Positions 1-11,700 are shown, numbered from the stretch's first letter. The stretch: 20,000 bases of DNA from Spirogloea muscicola (GCA_009602725.1 WELB01000019.1:1105916-1125915), one strand, 5' to 3'. Notes: generated from the sequence alone by a model not told the origin. Program-made: numbers and translations.

Positions 1-39
1 TTTCCTGCACGGATGCTGGAGGCAACAGATGTGACCAAC

Positions 40-843
40 CTCCTGGTCTCGCTGAGGCTTCTTCTCTATGGATCGTTTCAAGAGCTCTGCCCAATTGACC
101 AAGCCAACCAGACACGAATTTTGGAAGAGCTATCTCATTGCTCAGAGTATCAAAATGAGGCGGGACAGACAAAGCTGCACTAAGCAAATTCAGCAACCTC
201 ATCACAAGACTCAGCAATGGAGTAAGACAAGTGGAGTAAGCCATCTGCTAGTACACAATGCAGGCCTGATTGCTCAGGGCATTTCTAATCAGGTGTGGCC
301 CTCTGACCTTTGATGTATTCGTTGTTTTGCTCAACTGGAGCAGGCAAGCGCAGCTTCAGTTCCACAGGGGCTACTTCTTGGTCCTCTTGCGCTTCTAGCA
401 AAGGGCAAGCTTACAAGCCAGTGACTAAGCAGTTGGTAGCCCAAGGCTTGAAAGCTGAGCTGACTGGAAGCCCTTGAGTAAGCTTTGAGTGTGTCCATAC
501 TCAAGCTCTCTTCATGACGAGTAGACCAGAAGGGTCGTTCTAGCTTGTCAGCAGAGGTGGTCGACTCCTGTTGTGGCGTACCTGAGTCCAATGGTAAGAC
601 CGAGCTGGCCAGCAGCCAACCGGTACTGGCCGCAGAAAGCAGCACTGATCTTCTCATCCGCTGCGACGTCAACTGCGAGCCTCTGCGGGTCGCTTCGCCA
701 GAGCTAGCACGAGGCGCGATGGGACAGAGAGAGCTGGGTCTTGTCCTCAGACTGCATCCATCGCCTAGCTCTGGACCCCTGACGAGGTGGCCAGAGAGCG
801 GCTGCGCGAGGAGGCTGCGAGAAAGCATCGCAGGCGCCGTCAT
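40..843 (-). CDS. Putative nucleus-encoded thylakoid-lumen protein (transit peptide plus twin-arginine signal; PsaN-like helical mature region); 3' end outside the window
   Basis: gccgccATG at 843. Phase-consistent GT-AG exons 843-582, 394-308 and 86-40 give MTAPAMLSRSLL...RMRRSVLLSAASTGWLLASSVLPLDSEA-QEDQEVAPVELKLRLPAPVEQNNEYIKELLKRSIEKKPQRDQE. The sequence shows a Ser/Arg-rich presequence, an RRxxLL motif, a hydrophobic stretch and an S-E-A cleavage-like site. Family assignment is inference. Confidence 0.6.
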
Positions 844-974
844 GGCGGCTTCCGCCGCGGCGCAGCCTTCCGGCAGGTCGTCCCTGGTCGCTCAAGTCAT
901 GGCGATCAGCGGCTGAACTGAATGGCCGGCGGGTAACTTGAAGTTGAGGCTACAAGATGGGCCGGGAGGGGGGC

Positions 975-979
975 AAAAA
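975..979 (-). terminator. Pol III terminator (T5) of the tRNA-Ser gene
   Basis: AAAAA on + (TTTTT on -) beginning 12 nt past the tRNA 3' end. Confidence 0.7.
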
Positions 980-990
980 GCACAGCGGAC

Positions 991-1072
991 CGTGACCTGA
1001 GAGATTCGAACTCTCGCGGGTAGAACCCATGTACTTAGCAGGCACACGCCTTAACCACTCGGCCAAAGTCAC
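991..1072 (-). tRNA. trnS-GCT: tRNA-Ser, anticodon GCT, intronless, long variable arm
   Basis: Reverse complement is GTGACTTTGGCCGAGTGGTTAAGGCGTGTGCCTGCTAAGTACATGGGTTCTACCCGCGAGAGTTCGAATCTCTCAGGTCACG. Acceptor stem GTGACTT/AGGTCAC, A box TGGCCGAGTGG, anticodon arm TGTGC-CTGCTAA-GTACA, B box GTTCGAATC, discriminator G, no encoded CCA. Confidence 0.97.
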
Positions 1073-1879
1073 TTCGAGCCCCTGGAGGGATGTCACGATC
1101 GCATTCATCTGCCTGGCCTTTGCACATTATATATATCGTTATGCTCTTAGTGCGTCAGAGAGTCAGGTGACGCACACTTTTGCCCGTCGATGCACAAGAT
1201 CAATGGGTGACAGCGGCCGTGGCGGGGAGAAGGCGGGGACACGGGAGTCTGCTGCCACGTTGGCGGCGCTGCCCGCCGCCTTCGCCCCCGCCGCCTTGTC
1301 GATATTGCGAACAGGAATCGGTCAGGACACGCAGTAGAATCTCGAATTTAAGCTTAGAGCTACCGCAGTATCATGCAGAAGCGCCAGTGGTCCCAACCTT
1401 GATCCAAGCTTTTCAGTACCGCTTTGTCAGCGCCAGCCGAGATTCTTCCAGGCCGCTGAACGTGGCCCGGGGTCCTCGGCAGGGTACGTCCTCTGCAGGA
1501 CATGCCCACCGGGCCTTCCGACCGGTCTCGCCCCGTCATCCATGTTGCGAGCACACGCCGGGCCGACCCGCAGAGGACCAGCCAAAGGCGGGGAGCCGGG
1601 AATGGTGGGAAATTTCTAGGAGGGGCCCCGCGGCCCCTCCCTCCACCCCCCCCCCCCNNNNNNNNNNCCCTCCCTCCCCGACTGACGAGGGGCGCCGCCG
1701 CTCTGGCTACGTAGTGATCCTGGGGCCCCCTCGAGGCGGCCTACCTCGCCCAAAACCCCCCTTCCCCCCTCCTCCTTTAGTAGAATAATACCAGCCGTGT
1801 CAATTTCCTCCCCCACGGCGCCGTCACCCTAGCCCGTGCCTCCCGGAGGACCCCATCCGCTTCTCAGGCGCCCGCCGCC

Positions 1880-1882
1880 ATG

Positions 1883-1914
<32 letters not shown>

Positions 1915-4733
1915 GCGGATGGCCCTGGCGGTGGCCGCTCTCGTGGCGCTCGTGGCGGCGCCGGCGGCCCTCGCCACCGCCGACCTCCCGGCCGCCCGGG
2001 CGGTCTTCGAGGCGTACCTTGCGAGCCGCAGCGCCTCGGAGGCCAACTCTTTGGTCAGTGTCCTCCTCTGGGCCGTTGGCAGAGTAGCTCTGCCGATTAG
2101 ACTCACAATTGGACTACCATGGCGTCAAATTGTCGGGCATTATAGTGTTGATCATGACTGGAGATCTTGCAAAAGCTTTGGTGAGTGAGGCCTTTGTACC
2201 TATGCCTTGTCACTTGACCAACTCCTTGTGGGAGTTTACAGGGCCTTGCCGAGCAGATCGAAACCTGTCGCCAATTCTCTGACTACGATGTCTTCGTCAG
2301 CAACTTCTACAGCCTCTGGGTCAACCTGAACAAGCCCTCTGGCTACAGTGCACATCATAGGCAACTTCGCCTTGCCCATTTTGCCGACAACTTGGAGTTT
2401 ATCGTTGACCACAACGGTCAAGGGAAGTCGTACCATTTGGGTGTCAATCAGGTACAACATCTCCGCGCAATTGCGCAACAAGTTGTGATACATGTAATTA
2501 GCAAGCCGTCTGTGCAAAACCATATGTATTGCCCTGACAACTGGGTGAATTTTGTTCATGTGCAGTTTGCAGATTTGACGCACGATGAGTTCAAGGCTAC
2601 ACACCTGGGACTGCGCCTGGATGCAGGCAACACCGCCCTTCGCCTTGGAGGCGGTCGCCCCTTCAGCCATGCCAACGTGCAAGCCCCTGCTGAGGTGGAC
2701 TGGAAGGCCAACGGCGCTGTTACTGACGTGAAGAACCAGATGCAGTGCGGTATGCACTGCCTCTGATGCTATGTTCTGCTGCTTTGATTTGCCTGTGGCT
2801 TGTCCGTGTTAGACAATTGAGGGGACCTACTCTGGGTGCTTATTAAGAAGTCATGTGCGAGATGTGTTCAGGTAGCTGCTGGGCTTTCTCAACCACCGGG
2901 TCGGTTGAGGGCATCAACAAGATTGTCACTGGCGAGTTGCTGTCACTATCTGAGCAAGAATTGGTAGATTGCGACAAGGCCCGTGACATGGGCTGCCAGG
3001 GTGGGCTCATGGATTTCGCCTTTGAGTTCATCATCCAGAATGGTGGTCTAGACACTGAAAAAGACTACCCCTATACAGCTGTGAATGGCCAGTGTGACCT
3101 CGAAAGAGTACGGACCCACTAACTGGTGATGATGATGATTTATGGGCTAAGGACTCCAGCAGTTGCTTGTTTGTGCTGTCCTTGCCTCACATATAATTGT
3201 CATAGTTTCATCTGCTCCGTATGTAGTTTTGTAGGAAGTTTGACATCACTTCGTGCTGTTGTTGCTGGAGTAGTGCACATTACATGCAGGGGGCTGTTTG
3301 CTACCTACTATGAATGCATTAGTTTGGTAAGGCTCCAGGCATGTTTCTGCAAATATGTGGATTTCCAGCTGATTGGAGCTATGAGCTACTATCATCCTCT
3401 TGGCAGGAGAATAGCCACGTCGTAACAATCGATGACTTTGAGGACGTGCCACATAACGACGAGGCTTCTTTGAAGAAGGCTGTTGCTGCTCAGCCAATCA
3501 GCGTGGCCATTGAAGCTGATCAGCGCCAATTCCAATTCTATGCAGGGGTACGGTCTAATCTGACTAAGAAACTACATAGACAAGGTTCCCTTGATCTGCA
3601 TACTATCTTTAGTGCATCGGATGCATGTTTGTTTCCCTGATATGCCAGATTCTGGAGGTCACTGTGGGTGAAGCTGAGATTCATGTGATTTCATGTTGAG
3701 CAGGGTCCAGTCATGTTTATGTTGATCATGCCAATATTTATGCGAAACCTTGTGGGATTCGCAGGGTATCTTTGATGACGAGTGCGGCACACAGCTTGAT
3801 CATGGCGTCCTCATTGTTGGGTATGGGGTCGACAACGGAACAGACTATTGGACTGTCAAGAATTCATGGGGCTCTGCATGGGGAGACCATGGTTACATTC
3901 GTCTGAGGAGGTACATGACTGCCATACACATACGTCACACATCAAGCTGTTGCAGACTTTCGCACTTTTTTGCTGTATTTTAATGCAATTGATTGTGACT
4001 TTTACTTTTGCAGGAACGTGCAGGACAACCAGGGGCTCTGTGGAATAGCCATGCAGGCGTCCTACCCCATCAAGAAGGGCCCCAACCCTCCACCTGGGCC
4101 CCCTCGTCCGCCCACTCCTCCACCTGCACCCGAAGTCTGTGATCCCACTCACAAGGTAAGCATCCCATTGGGGATGTGCAGTCTTCATGAGTTGACCATG
4201 CAGGATTGTCTGCTTGTGTGCTTGGTTCTTATCTTGACGCCTGAGGCTGCTGATGGCAGTGTGACCACGGCACTACGTGCTGCTGCTCTGTACCACTGGG
4301 CAAATTTTGTCTGGCATGGGGCTGCTGCCCAATGGAATCTGCTACTTGCTGTGACGACCACCGCCACTGTTGCCCGATTGAGTACCCTGTATGCAACCTG
4401 GATGCTGGGCTATGCATGAAGGTCAGCCACTGTCAACTTTCGCACCATATTTCGGTGCCAGCTTACAGATATTATTCGCAGGCCTCTTTGATGCTGGTAC
4501 ATCCTGCACTTGCTGGTTCTGCATATGCAGGGGCTGGTTCTGCTGCTGCTTCAAGAATGTCAGCTCCACTTCTGCGTGCTTCTCTGCAGGGCTCCTCTCT
4601 CATGTGGATGGACAGTGGCGTTGACATGCTTGAGCAGAGCCCTGCTCACTTCCATTGGCCATCATTCCACGATTCTCTCGGCCGCAAGTCTGGACCAGGA
4701 GATGTCCAGCTGCAATCTGTTGCTGACCAGTAA
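1880..4733 (+). CDS. RD21: Papain-like cysteine protease (C1A), RD21-type: signal peptide, I29 prodomain, catalytic domain, Pro-rich linker, granulin domain
   Basis: Nine GT-AG exons: 1880-2053, 2242-2451, 2566-2749, 2872-3107, 3407-3547, 3765-3910, 4014-4155, 4260-4421, 4590-4733. Motifs: ERFNIN-like R..F..N...I...[24 protein letters not shown] (catalytic Cys), [23 protein letters not shown] (His), KNSWG (Asn), [18 protein letters not shown], granulin CCC...[18 protein letters not shown]. Confidence 0.96.
1883..1912 (+). repeat. (GCC)10 microsatellite encoding poly-Ala immediately after the first ATG
   Basis: Directly visible. Confidence 0.9.
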
Positions 4734-5573
4734 GCCGTGGAATGGTTGGCATGGTTGCTGAGTGGAAAGTGTACCTGATCTCAATCCTCACTCTGCGCAC
4801 ATGCGTGGAGCATTCGCTGGGCCCATGTCTTCGTGCCGAGGGCATTGCTTGGACCCCACTTTATTAGTCACTGGTACTGAGGTGCCTTGGGTTGCACTTG
4901 CACGCCTGAGCTTCGTTGTGTTATTATCGTAGTCTTTTCATGTGTGAATTAGAATTCTCCTCACACGGAAAGTAGTAGGACGGATGAAGGGTACATTTCA
5001 GGCTAGTACTGCTTCTGTGTACTTAAAGTTATCCTTGACCTGCCTGGCATGATATGAGAGCTGTGGCAGCCAGCTCGCAAGCCCACTTGTAGATACTCCA
5101 TTCGTACACAATCATTGATACATGTGCTGTCATTTTTCGTACTTGATTGCTCCCCGTCATGTCCATCAATGTGTTGCAGAGGTGTTAAAGAGATTATGCT
5201 CAGTGTCGTAATACAGCAATCTTGTATGCATGACTAATTTGAGCCATTTCCTGCAATGTATTGAATACTCAAGCTTTTTCTGTTTTAGTAGGTAATAGCT
5301 GATGGAATCAAAACTTTTATAAATCTGTACACATGCTTGACACGCGCGCATTGCTATCCAGCCTGCAACTTATTGTGCCATCCGTTGGCACGGCAGCAGC
5401 CACGACCTCTGACACAACTCAAACAGGGCAAAGTATTCCGCCATCTTGCGCACTTTGACTGTTTCCTTATTATGATAGTTGACAAAGAATGTTTTGTCTC
5501 AGACCAACATTGATGCAACTACTGTACAAGACGTTGAAGAAGTCGTTCTTTGAATGTAACCAGTTGTGACCCT

Positions 5574-8485
5574 TCACTCCACCTCCGCAAGATAGTCATC
5601 AACCTCCGAGGGTGTCAGGACCCTGCCAAGAGTGCAGAGTGCAGTAGAAATCAACTTCTAAAGATGGGCCATCAGAGTGGTCTAATTGAGTGGCAGGGAT
5701 GTGATGTGCAGCAAGGCTTAGACCTTCACTACTATAATCTCAATGATAACAACTGACAGTCATGAGCCAATGATGGATTAGTGGTAACTCCTACGTGCGC
5801 TCCTGTTCATGACACTTTGTGCTATACTGTGAACATGGATGCTTTCCAATTAAAGCAGTGATTTCTAGCATGCCAACCTGAATTTGTGGTCGTTGCCCAC
5901 TATCCCAATCTCGATGTTGCTCCCAGAGATTTGGCCCTCAAAACTAGACGGCAGAAACCGAGAGCACATATGATAAGATAGTGATGCCGTGAAGCTCAAA
6001 CCCAACTCAATCAAGGAAATCAAAGCTGTCAAGCATCCCTGTGCAGTGACATAAGTGGACTTTTACCCATGACTCAAACAGCACATACCCTTCCTTAAGA
6101 GTCAATATTGCAGTATGGACAGCATCCTCCAACTCCATGTCCTCTGTATATCTGTCAAAATCCATCCGAGCAGGTAGGCCCAGCTTAGAAGTGTTAAGTG
6201 CGGGCCTACCTCTCTTCAATTCAAAGCAACACAATGAGGAGCCCAGTGCCAGCAAGAGGCACTCCAGAACAAAGCAAATTGATAAGGGGTGCCTGAAGAA
6301 CATGGAACGTACTTCCACACACATGACCTGCTCTACATGTAAGAAGCTCAGCATAACACAATCCGTCCACATATGTCAAGACCACTTTAAGCGTTTCTAA
6401 GAGATCGAACCTCTTCTCCAGGAACGTCTTTGCATTCACCATGTTTTTCCCGATTGCTGATGCTTTCCAGGCAAAGTATGAACCTGATGGATCGACCTGG
6501 TCGATGGCACGTTGCGTGGCTTCCCACTCAGTCAGGCAATGTGAAGTGTCACACAAGAAAGTATGTACCACATTGGCACTATGACCATTACGGGGAGAGT
6601 TTACGAACAGCCTCCTGAGATTGTGCAGCAATGAGTCATTTGCGAGTTTGGGAGAGGAGTTACTCATGTAACAGTTCCAGCTGCCTGCCCCAATGCATCA
6701 CACGAATCATTTGTGACGAGCAATGTAAAGGCAAGGTGACATTGCCCGCTTGCCTGATAAAGCTGAGGGCCCTTGGTATCATAGCCAGCGACGAGTAAGG
6801 ACACTCCAAAAGGCCTCACACCTCTGCATTGCCAACATGCATAGTTGCACGAGGCACGTCAGCCTTCATGTAGCATAACACAAGGTGGCATAGCGAGCTG
6901 TTCCAGGCAGGCAACATATCATCCACAACTTGACAACGAAGGGCACTCACCCAGACTGTGTGAACTCCTGCATCACTGTGGCAGTCTCCCTCACCAGCTG
7001 TGATACGGGGATCACCTCCTGCAGGTGAGGAAGTACAGGTCAGGCTGCTCTTAAAGGAATGAGATAGGCACTTGTTCTGCAGAACTCAATTATGATTGAG
7101 GTTCTGCCATGCAGAAGCAAAGTGTAGAGAAGTTTGCAGATGGCTGGATTGGCACCTCGTACAGGCGGTAGTAGGCCTGCGCCGACTTGCGGCTCTGTCG
7201 GACTAGCACCCGCGAGTCTGGCCCCATGCCGCTGCAAGGAGAAAGCCCACCTTGCTGCTGTTTGTACACCAACTTCACCAGAAAAGCTAGCATATTATCC
7301 AAATGCTTAAAACCCGCCAACATATATGACCCTGACACAAGACTCTGCGACCAATATCCGACACTGAGGCAGAGCTAGCACTTGCACGACCTGCAGACAC
7401 GACCTTTGACACCTGTATGCAGAGCTGGCGGGGCAGACCTGTAAACCACGCCGGTGTTGGGGGTGAGGAGCTGGATCTTCTTGACCTGCAGTTACCTCAA
7501 GTGCAACTTCAGCGTATTTTATTTGCCTCTTGACCAGAGTGCAATAGAGAATCGCAGTGGCAGGCATGTGAGGAAGAAGTCTCTATTTGTGGGTTGTCCT
7601 GCTTATGCACTACCCGATGGTTTGAAAACTCACAGTAAGACACAACCAGAGTGTGGCATGTAGTCACAGACTGAGGGCTTTCAAAAGGCAGCAATTGGCA
7701 GAACGTCTAATAGGAGACTTGCAAACAAGAGTACACAATTGAAATTCTATGACGCGTTACCAAAATCTGCACACTCATGGAGCTAAGCACTGTTTGTTGA
7801 CTGGACAACACTGGGAACCAAAACAGCTCAAGGCGCCCCTCAAGCCCGTCTTTGCTAAGACCAGCCCGTGCTGGTAATGCACGTCGGTCCTGGAGAGGTA
7901 GAGTGCAGGCTTTGGCCTCACCGACTCCTCGTCAATGAGCGTGGACGGCAGCTTCTTCTCCGTGGCAATCACCACCCCATTGGTGGCTGCATGCAGAGCC
8001 CAACCCAGCAAACACGAACACCGACTTCAGCGGCCAGAGTGCCAGAAGTCAAGCAGACAACAACCCCCAGCGGCGTGGATGACCGACGCGCGACTGCCAT
8101 GGATAGCTACCTCCCCATCTTCCGGCTGCGACGGCTAAGTACATAACACCTAAACCCTAACCCAAAACACTAATTCCTTAATCAGGTCCCTGTAGATATG
8201 ATTCCTGACTCATGGTTTGGGCCCCCCACCCTTGATGCCGAGGGAGGTGGCGCCGCTGGCGACGGCGTTGATGGCGTACTCGATCTGCACCAGCTTCCCG
8301 GACGGGCTGCGCGCAGCCAATGGAGGCTCAGTTCGCCGCCTTGGCTGCAGCGGCGGCGGCGGCGGCGGCGGCGGGCTGGCCCACCGGCCACGAGCCAAGC
8401 GCGCACTACTACGGCCGCGGCGGCGGCGGTGGCGGCGGCGGCACCTGAAGGTCGTGAGCGAGAACGAGTAGGGGCTCTCCGCCAT
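5574..8485 (-). CDS. PAB1: 20S proteasome subunit alpha type-2 (PAB/PSMA2)
   Basis: Eleven phase-consistent exons: 8485-8445, 8306-8230, 7986-7922, 7485-7439, 7231-7156, 7018-6951, 6823-6754, 6496-6411, 6151-6089, 5943-5878, 5622-5574. Translation includes [128 protein letters not shown]. Confidence 0.98.
8149..8183 (+). repeat. Short degenerate telomere-like (CCCTAAA-type) tract in proteasome intron 2
   Basis: cctaaaccctaacccaaaacactaattccttaatc; contains AAACCCTAA. Confidence 0.65.
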
Positions 8486-8677
8486 GGCGGCTGCCGCCGC
8501 CGCTGCCGCCGCCGCTGCCGGTCCCGCTCCCGGGCGCTTCTGGCGGCTGTGGCGGCTGTGGCGGCGGCGGCGGCAGCGGCGGCGGCGAAGGGGGGTGTCC
8601 TGCGGAGTGCAGCAGGGCTAGGGTTCAGGGTTTAAGGACCCCACATCTAGGGTTTGGACGAGGCTGTGGCGCGCCAC

Positions 8678-8714
<37 letters not shown>

Positions 8715-8731
8715 AGTCCCTTGCTGCAGCC
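8486..8731. promoter_or_regulatory. Compact divergent promoter/5'UTR region with telo-box-like motifs
   Basis: 246 bp between head-to-head ATGs at 8485 (-) and 8732 (+). Contains cagggctagggttcagggtttaagg (8613-8637) and ctagggttt (8647-8655, reverse of AAACCCTAG), flanked by GGC-rich tracts. Confidence 0.6.
8679..8714 (+). repeat. (CGG)12 microsatellite in the presumed 5'UTR
   Basis: Directly visible. Confidence 0.9.
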
Positions 8732-11700
8732 ATGGCGCTCGGCGCGCCGCTGGCGAGCCCCCNGTGGTGCTGATCGCAGCAAGTTCATGTTCTGGCGATG
8801 TGCAGGAGCCGGCGCCCTTGGGCCCGGCGGAGTCATCGGCAGCGAGGGTGCCCCAAGGCGTGGTTCGACTTCAGCGCCGGCGGCGGCGGCGGCGGTGGCG
8901 GTGGCGCCGGCGACCGCGCAATCGCCGACCACCTGCGGCGCCTGGGCTGCGGCGAGCTGCGGCGGCGGCCCCGCGAGGTCCACTTTGCCGGCTGCACCAA
9001 CGAGTCGTACGCCTTCCACTGCGCCCACGGCGACTTCTTCGTCAAGATCAACAGGTCAGCGCAGCTTAGGCTCTGTCACGACAAAGGCTCCACAAACAAC
9101 TACTGACCCTTAACCCTACCTTATACCCTTAATACTAAAACCCCGTAATCCTCAATCCTAGATTAAACCTAAACCCTACTCCCTCAACCCTAAATCAGAA
9201 ACGACTGCTGGCCTTTAGAGGAAAGGGTCATACTTGCAAGGCTGCTGCATCCAATCTGAGGATTACGTTGGGACACTGCGATGAGCGCTCTTGACAAGCC
9301 TAGCCGTAACACATGCAGTGCCAGAAGACGTCAAGTGGCACAGTAATCGTTATTTTACATCTGCAGAGCTCTGATGCATGTACTTGCCACTGGGACAGGA
9401 GTGTGTCGGCGGCCCAGATGTTCGAGGGTGAGGCAGAAGTGTAGGTCTGCTCCCTCTTGACCTTCTTCTCTCCTTTCCCCTCTTGTTCGTGAAGATGTCT
9501 TCAGGAGATGTGCTGACAAACTCAGGGGCCACCAGAAGCGCTTGTGCTTTTCCTGTGCGCCCCTGAAGCTACTTATGTGCCGTGTCTCTCATTGCAACTA
9601 GTCAGCCTGTCACATACTTTGAGGTCTGGCTGTTGGTGTGAGCTGCAGAAAGCAGAGTCTGTCTTTGCAGCTACACAAAGTCAGATGCTCGCAATCCTAG
9701 CTGATCTATTTCCTGAGTATGTGAATACAGTATCAAGTTATTAGAACCTACATAGCTGAGTGTCAAGTCTTGCAGAAGCAGCAACTGTCTGGTCCTTGTT
9801 AAGGACGCCCCCAAGTCTTGAACCCTGGCTCCTCGACCCTGACCTTTCAGCTCCGACTTCGACTGCCCAGTCTTAGTCACAAGATGGCACTAGCATGACA
9901 CAAAATTGCTGTATGGTGGCTCATGCGCTATGGCGTTGGCTTAGGTTGAAGCAGATACAGGCATCAAGCACAGTGCGAGTCCCATCCCCTCTGGGGTCTG
10001 GTGATCTGCCAAAAGGAGGGTCATACATTATCCTCGAGTTCCTTGCCTTCAGACCTTTTGGCATGGTGCACTCTCGTCTGCTTGCAGCCTTCATTGACCA
10101 TGAGTCTTGGTCGGCATTCTCGTAGACATTTGTTATATCTTTGTAGCTGGACAAGCTCATTTGTCTCTTTGCTGATGTCTGAGCCTGAGTGGCGTCAGAT
10201 TATGATCTGCATTACTTGGGCCACAGTGTGTCACCGATAGGTGCAGCGTAACTATGTTGCCCTAGTACCTGCTAACCCGAAATTTCTACCTGACCAAGGT
10301 CACGACCTGCATGTCGCTGTTCATGCAGTATGTAACTTTCAGTATTCTGGTGTGGTGCCACCTTGCAGATGCAAGAAAGCAGTCAAGCTGCATTGGGACA
10401 TGCTTTGGCGAGCCTGCATGTTGCACCTGCCAGCATAAATGGCTACGGATTTGCTCTACCTACACGGTATGGCTCAAGCGCAACTAGCACTTCCTTACTT
10501 GGCTAGTTTGATTCGTGCCACTGAGACAGTTCATGCCATGACGCTGGCAATTGAAGTACCCTCATTCTCTACAGATTAGGGAGTTTACCTCTTGTCAATG
10601 ACTGGTCTACATCATGGGAGCAGTTCTTCATCCAAAGACGCCTCCTTGATCGATTTGAGGTAGATTGATTGGGGCTTTACCTCTTTCACTACCTTGCTCC
10701 ATTCAGGGTTTTTTGTGCTCTGGCAGCCTTCTGCAGATTTTTCGAAGTAGGATGATCCAGGTATAACTGAAATTCGGTTGTCTCATGTATGCAGAAAGCT
10801 TGCCAAAAACTCGGTAACAATGCTGGGGACATGCGTGGCACCAGAGATAGACTGATTGCAAGGGCACAGGAATGTCTGAGTCAGCATACGGTCAAGCCAA
10901 GCATGCTACATGGAGACCTCTGGGTAAGTTTTGTCCATATTTGTTCTCATCAAGAACTTCAAGAGGTCCTTAAGAATTTCGTAAGGGCCTTTTGTAGGAA
11001 TTCGTTAATATCGATCTGCAATGTACGCTTGAATTAATGCTTGAAGCTGACATACAGCGGCACAAGTGCTGTGCAAGTAGGACGTCTTTTGGAAGTTTCT
11101 AAGCCGTTCTGCTGAAGCAGGTCGGCAATTCCGGCCTCACAAATCAAGGAGTGGCCATATTCGACCCAGCAGGCTTCTTTGGTCATTCTGAATTTGGTAG
11201 GCCCCGGTCATGCCTGAAACATCGAAGCTTTAGAGGCCTCTAGACTGTGGCCGTGCGCCTGGTCAGTCAGGTGAATGGCGTGCTTGTGGTCCTTGATAAC
11301 ATACAAAGCAGGTAAGCACACAGTATGGCTCACATTGTGCAATTTATTAGTGACTGGAAGACTATTTCTAGCAGAGTCTTTCAGAATGTATATTGTACAG
11401 GACCAACGCAGGGAGCTGTCCTGTGCAGATCTGGCATTCTGTGAATGGCAGCCAACACCTGACTTTCCTGGCTTCTGTGAGTGCTTCAAGCTCTCTATCA
11501 TTGCTGCAGTAGATAGTGTCAAGAGAAGTACCCTGCTTGATGAAACAGGAGAGCATGATAACACGTGCACTTAGCATCATCCCATGATTGTTGCAGCCTT
11601 GGCCTTCTATAATGCATACCACGACGTTATTCCTCGAGAACCTGGTCACGAGGAGCGGCGCCAACTCTATCAGCTATTCCACCTCCTCAATCACTTCCTC

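Noticed and set aside
1620..1790. Poly-C/G4-like tract and Pro-rich ORFs around the N gap at 1658-1667
   Set aside because: Adjacent to an assembly gap in a homopolymer; sequence quality is doubtful and the ORFs are low-complexity.
8182..9113. Many overlapping poly-Arg/Ala/Gly/Pro ORFs on both strands
   Set aside because: Artefacts of stop-poor (CGG)n GC islands; the real exons are accounted for by the proteasome and kinase genes.
9105..9195. Telomerase RNA template or true chromosome end
   Set aside because: Internal, degenerate and intronic, with no recognisable Pol III USE/TATA cassette.
9544..9744. [11 protein letters not shown] as a candidate kinase exon
   Set aside because: The 9399-9440 exon ([13 protein letters not shown]) matches the family motif and splice phases better.
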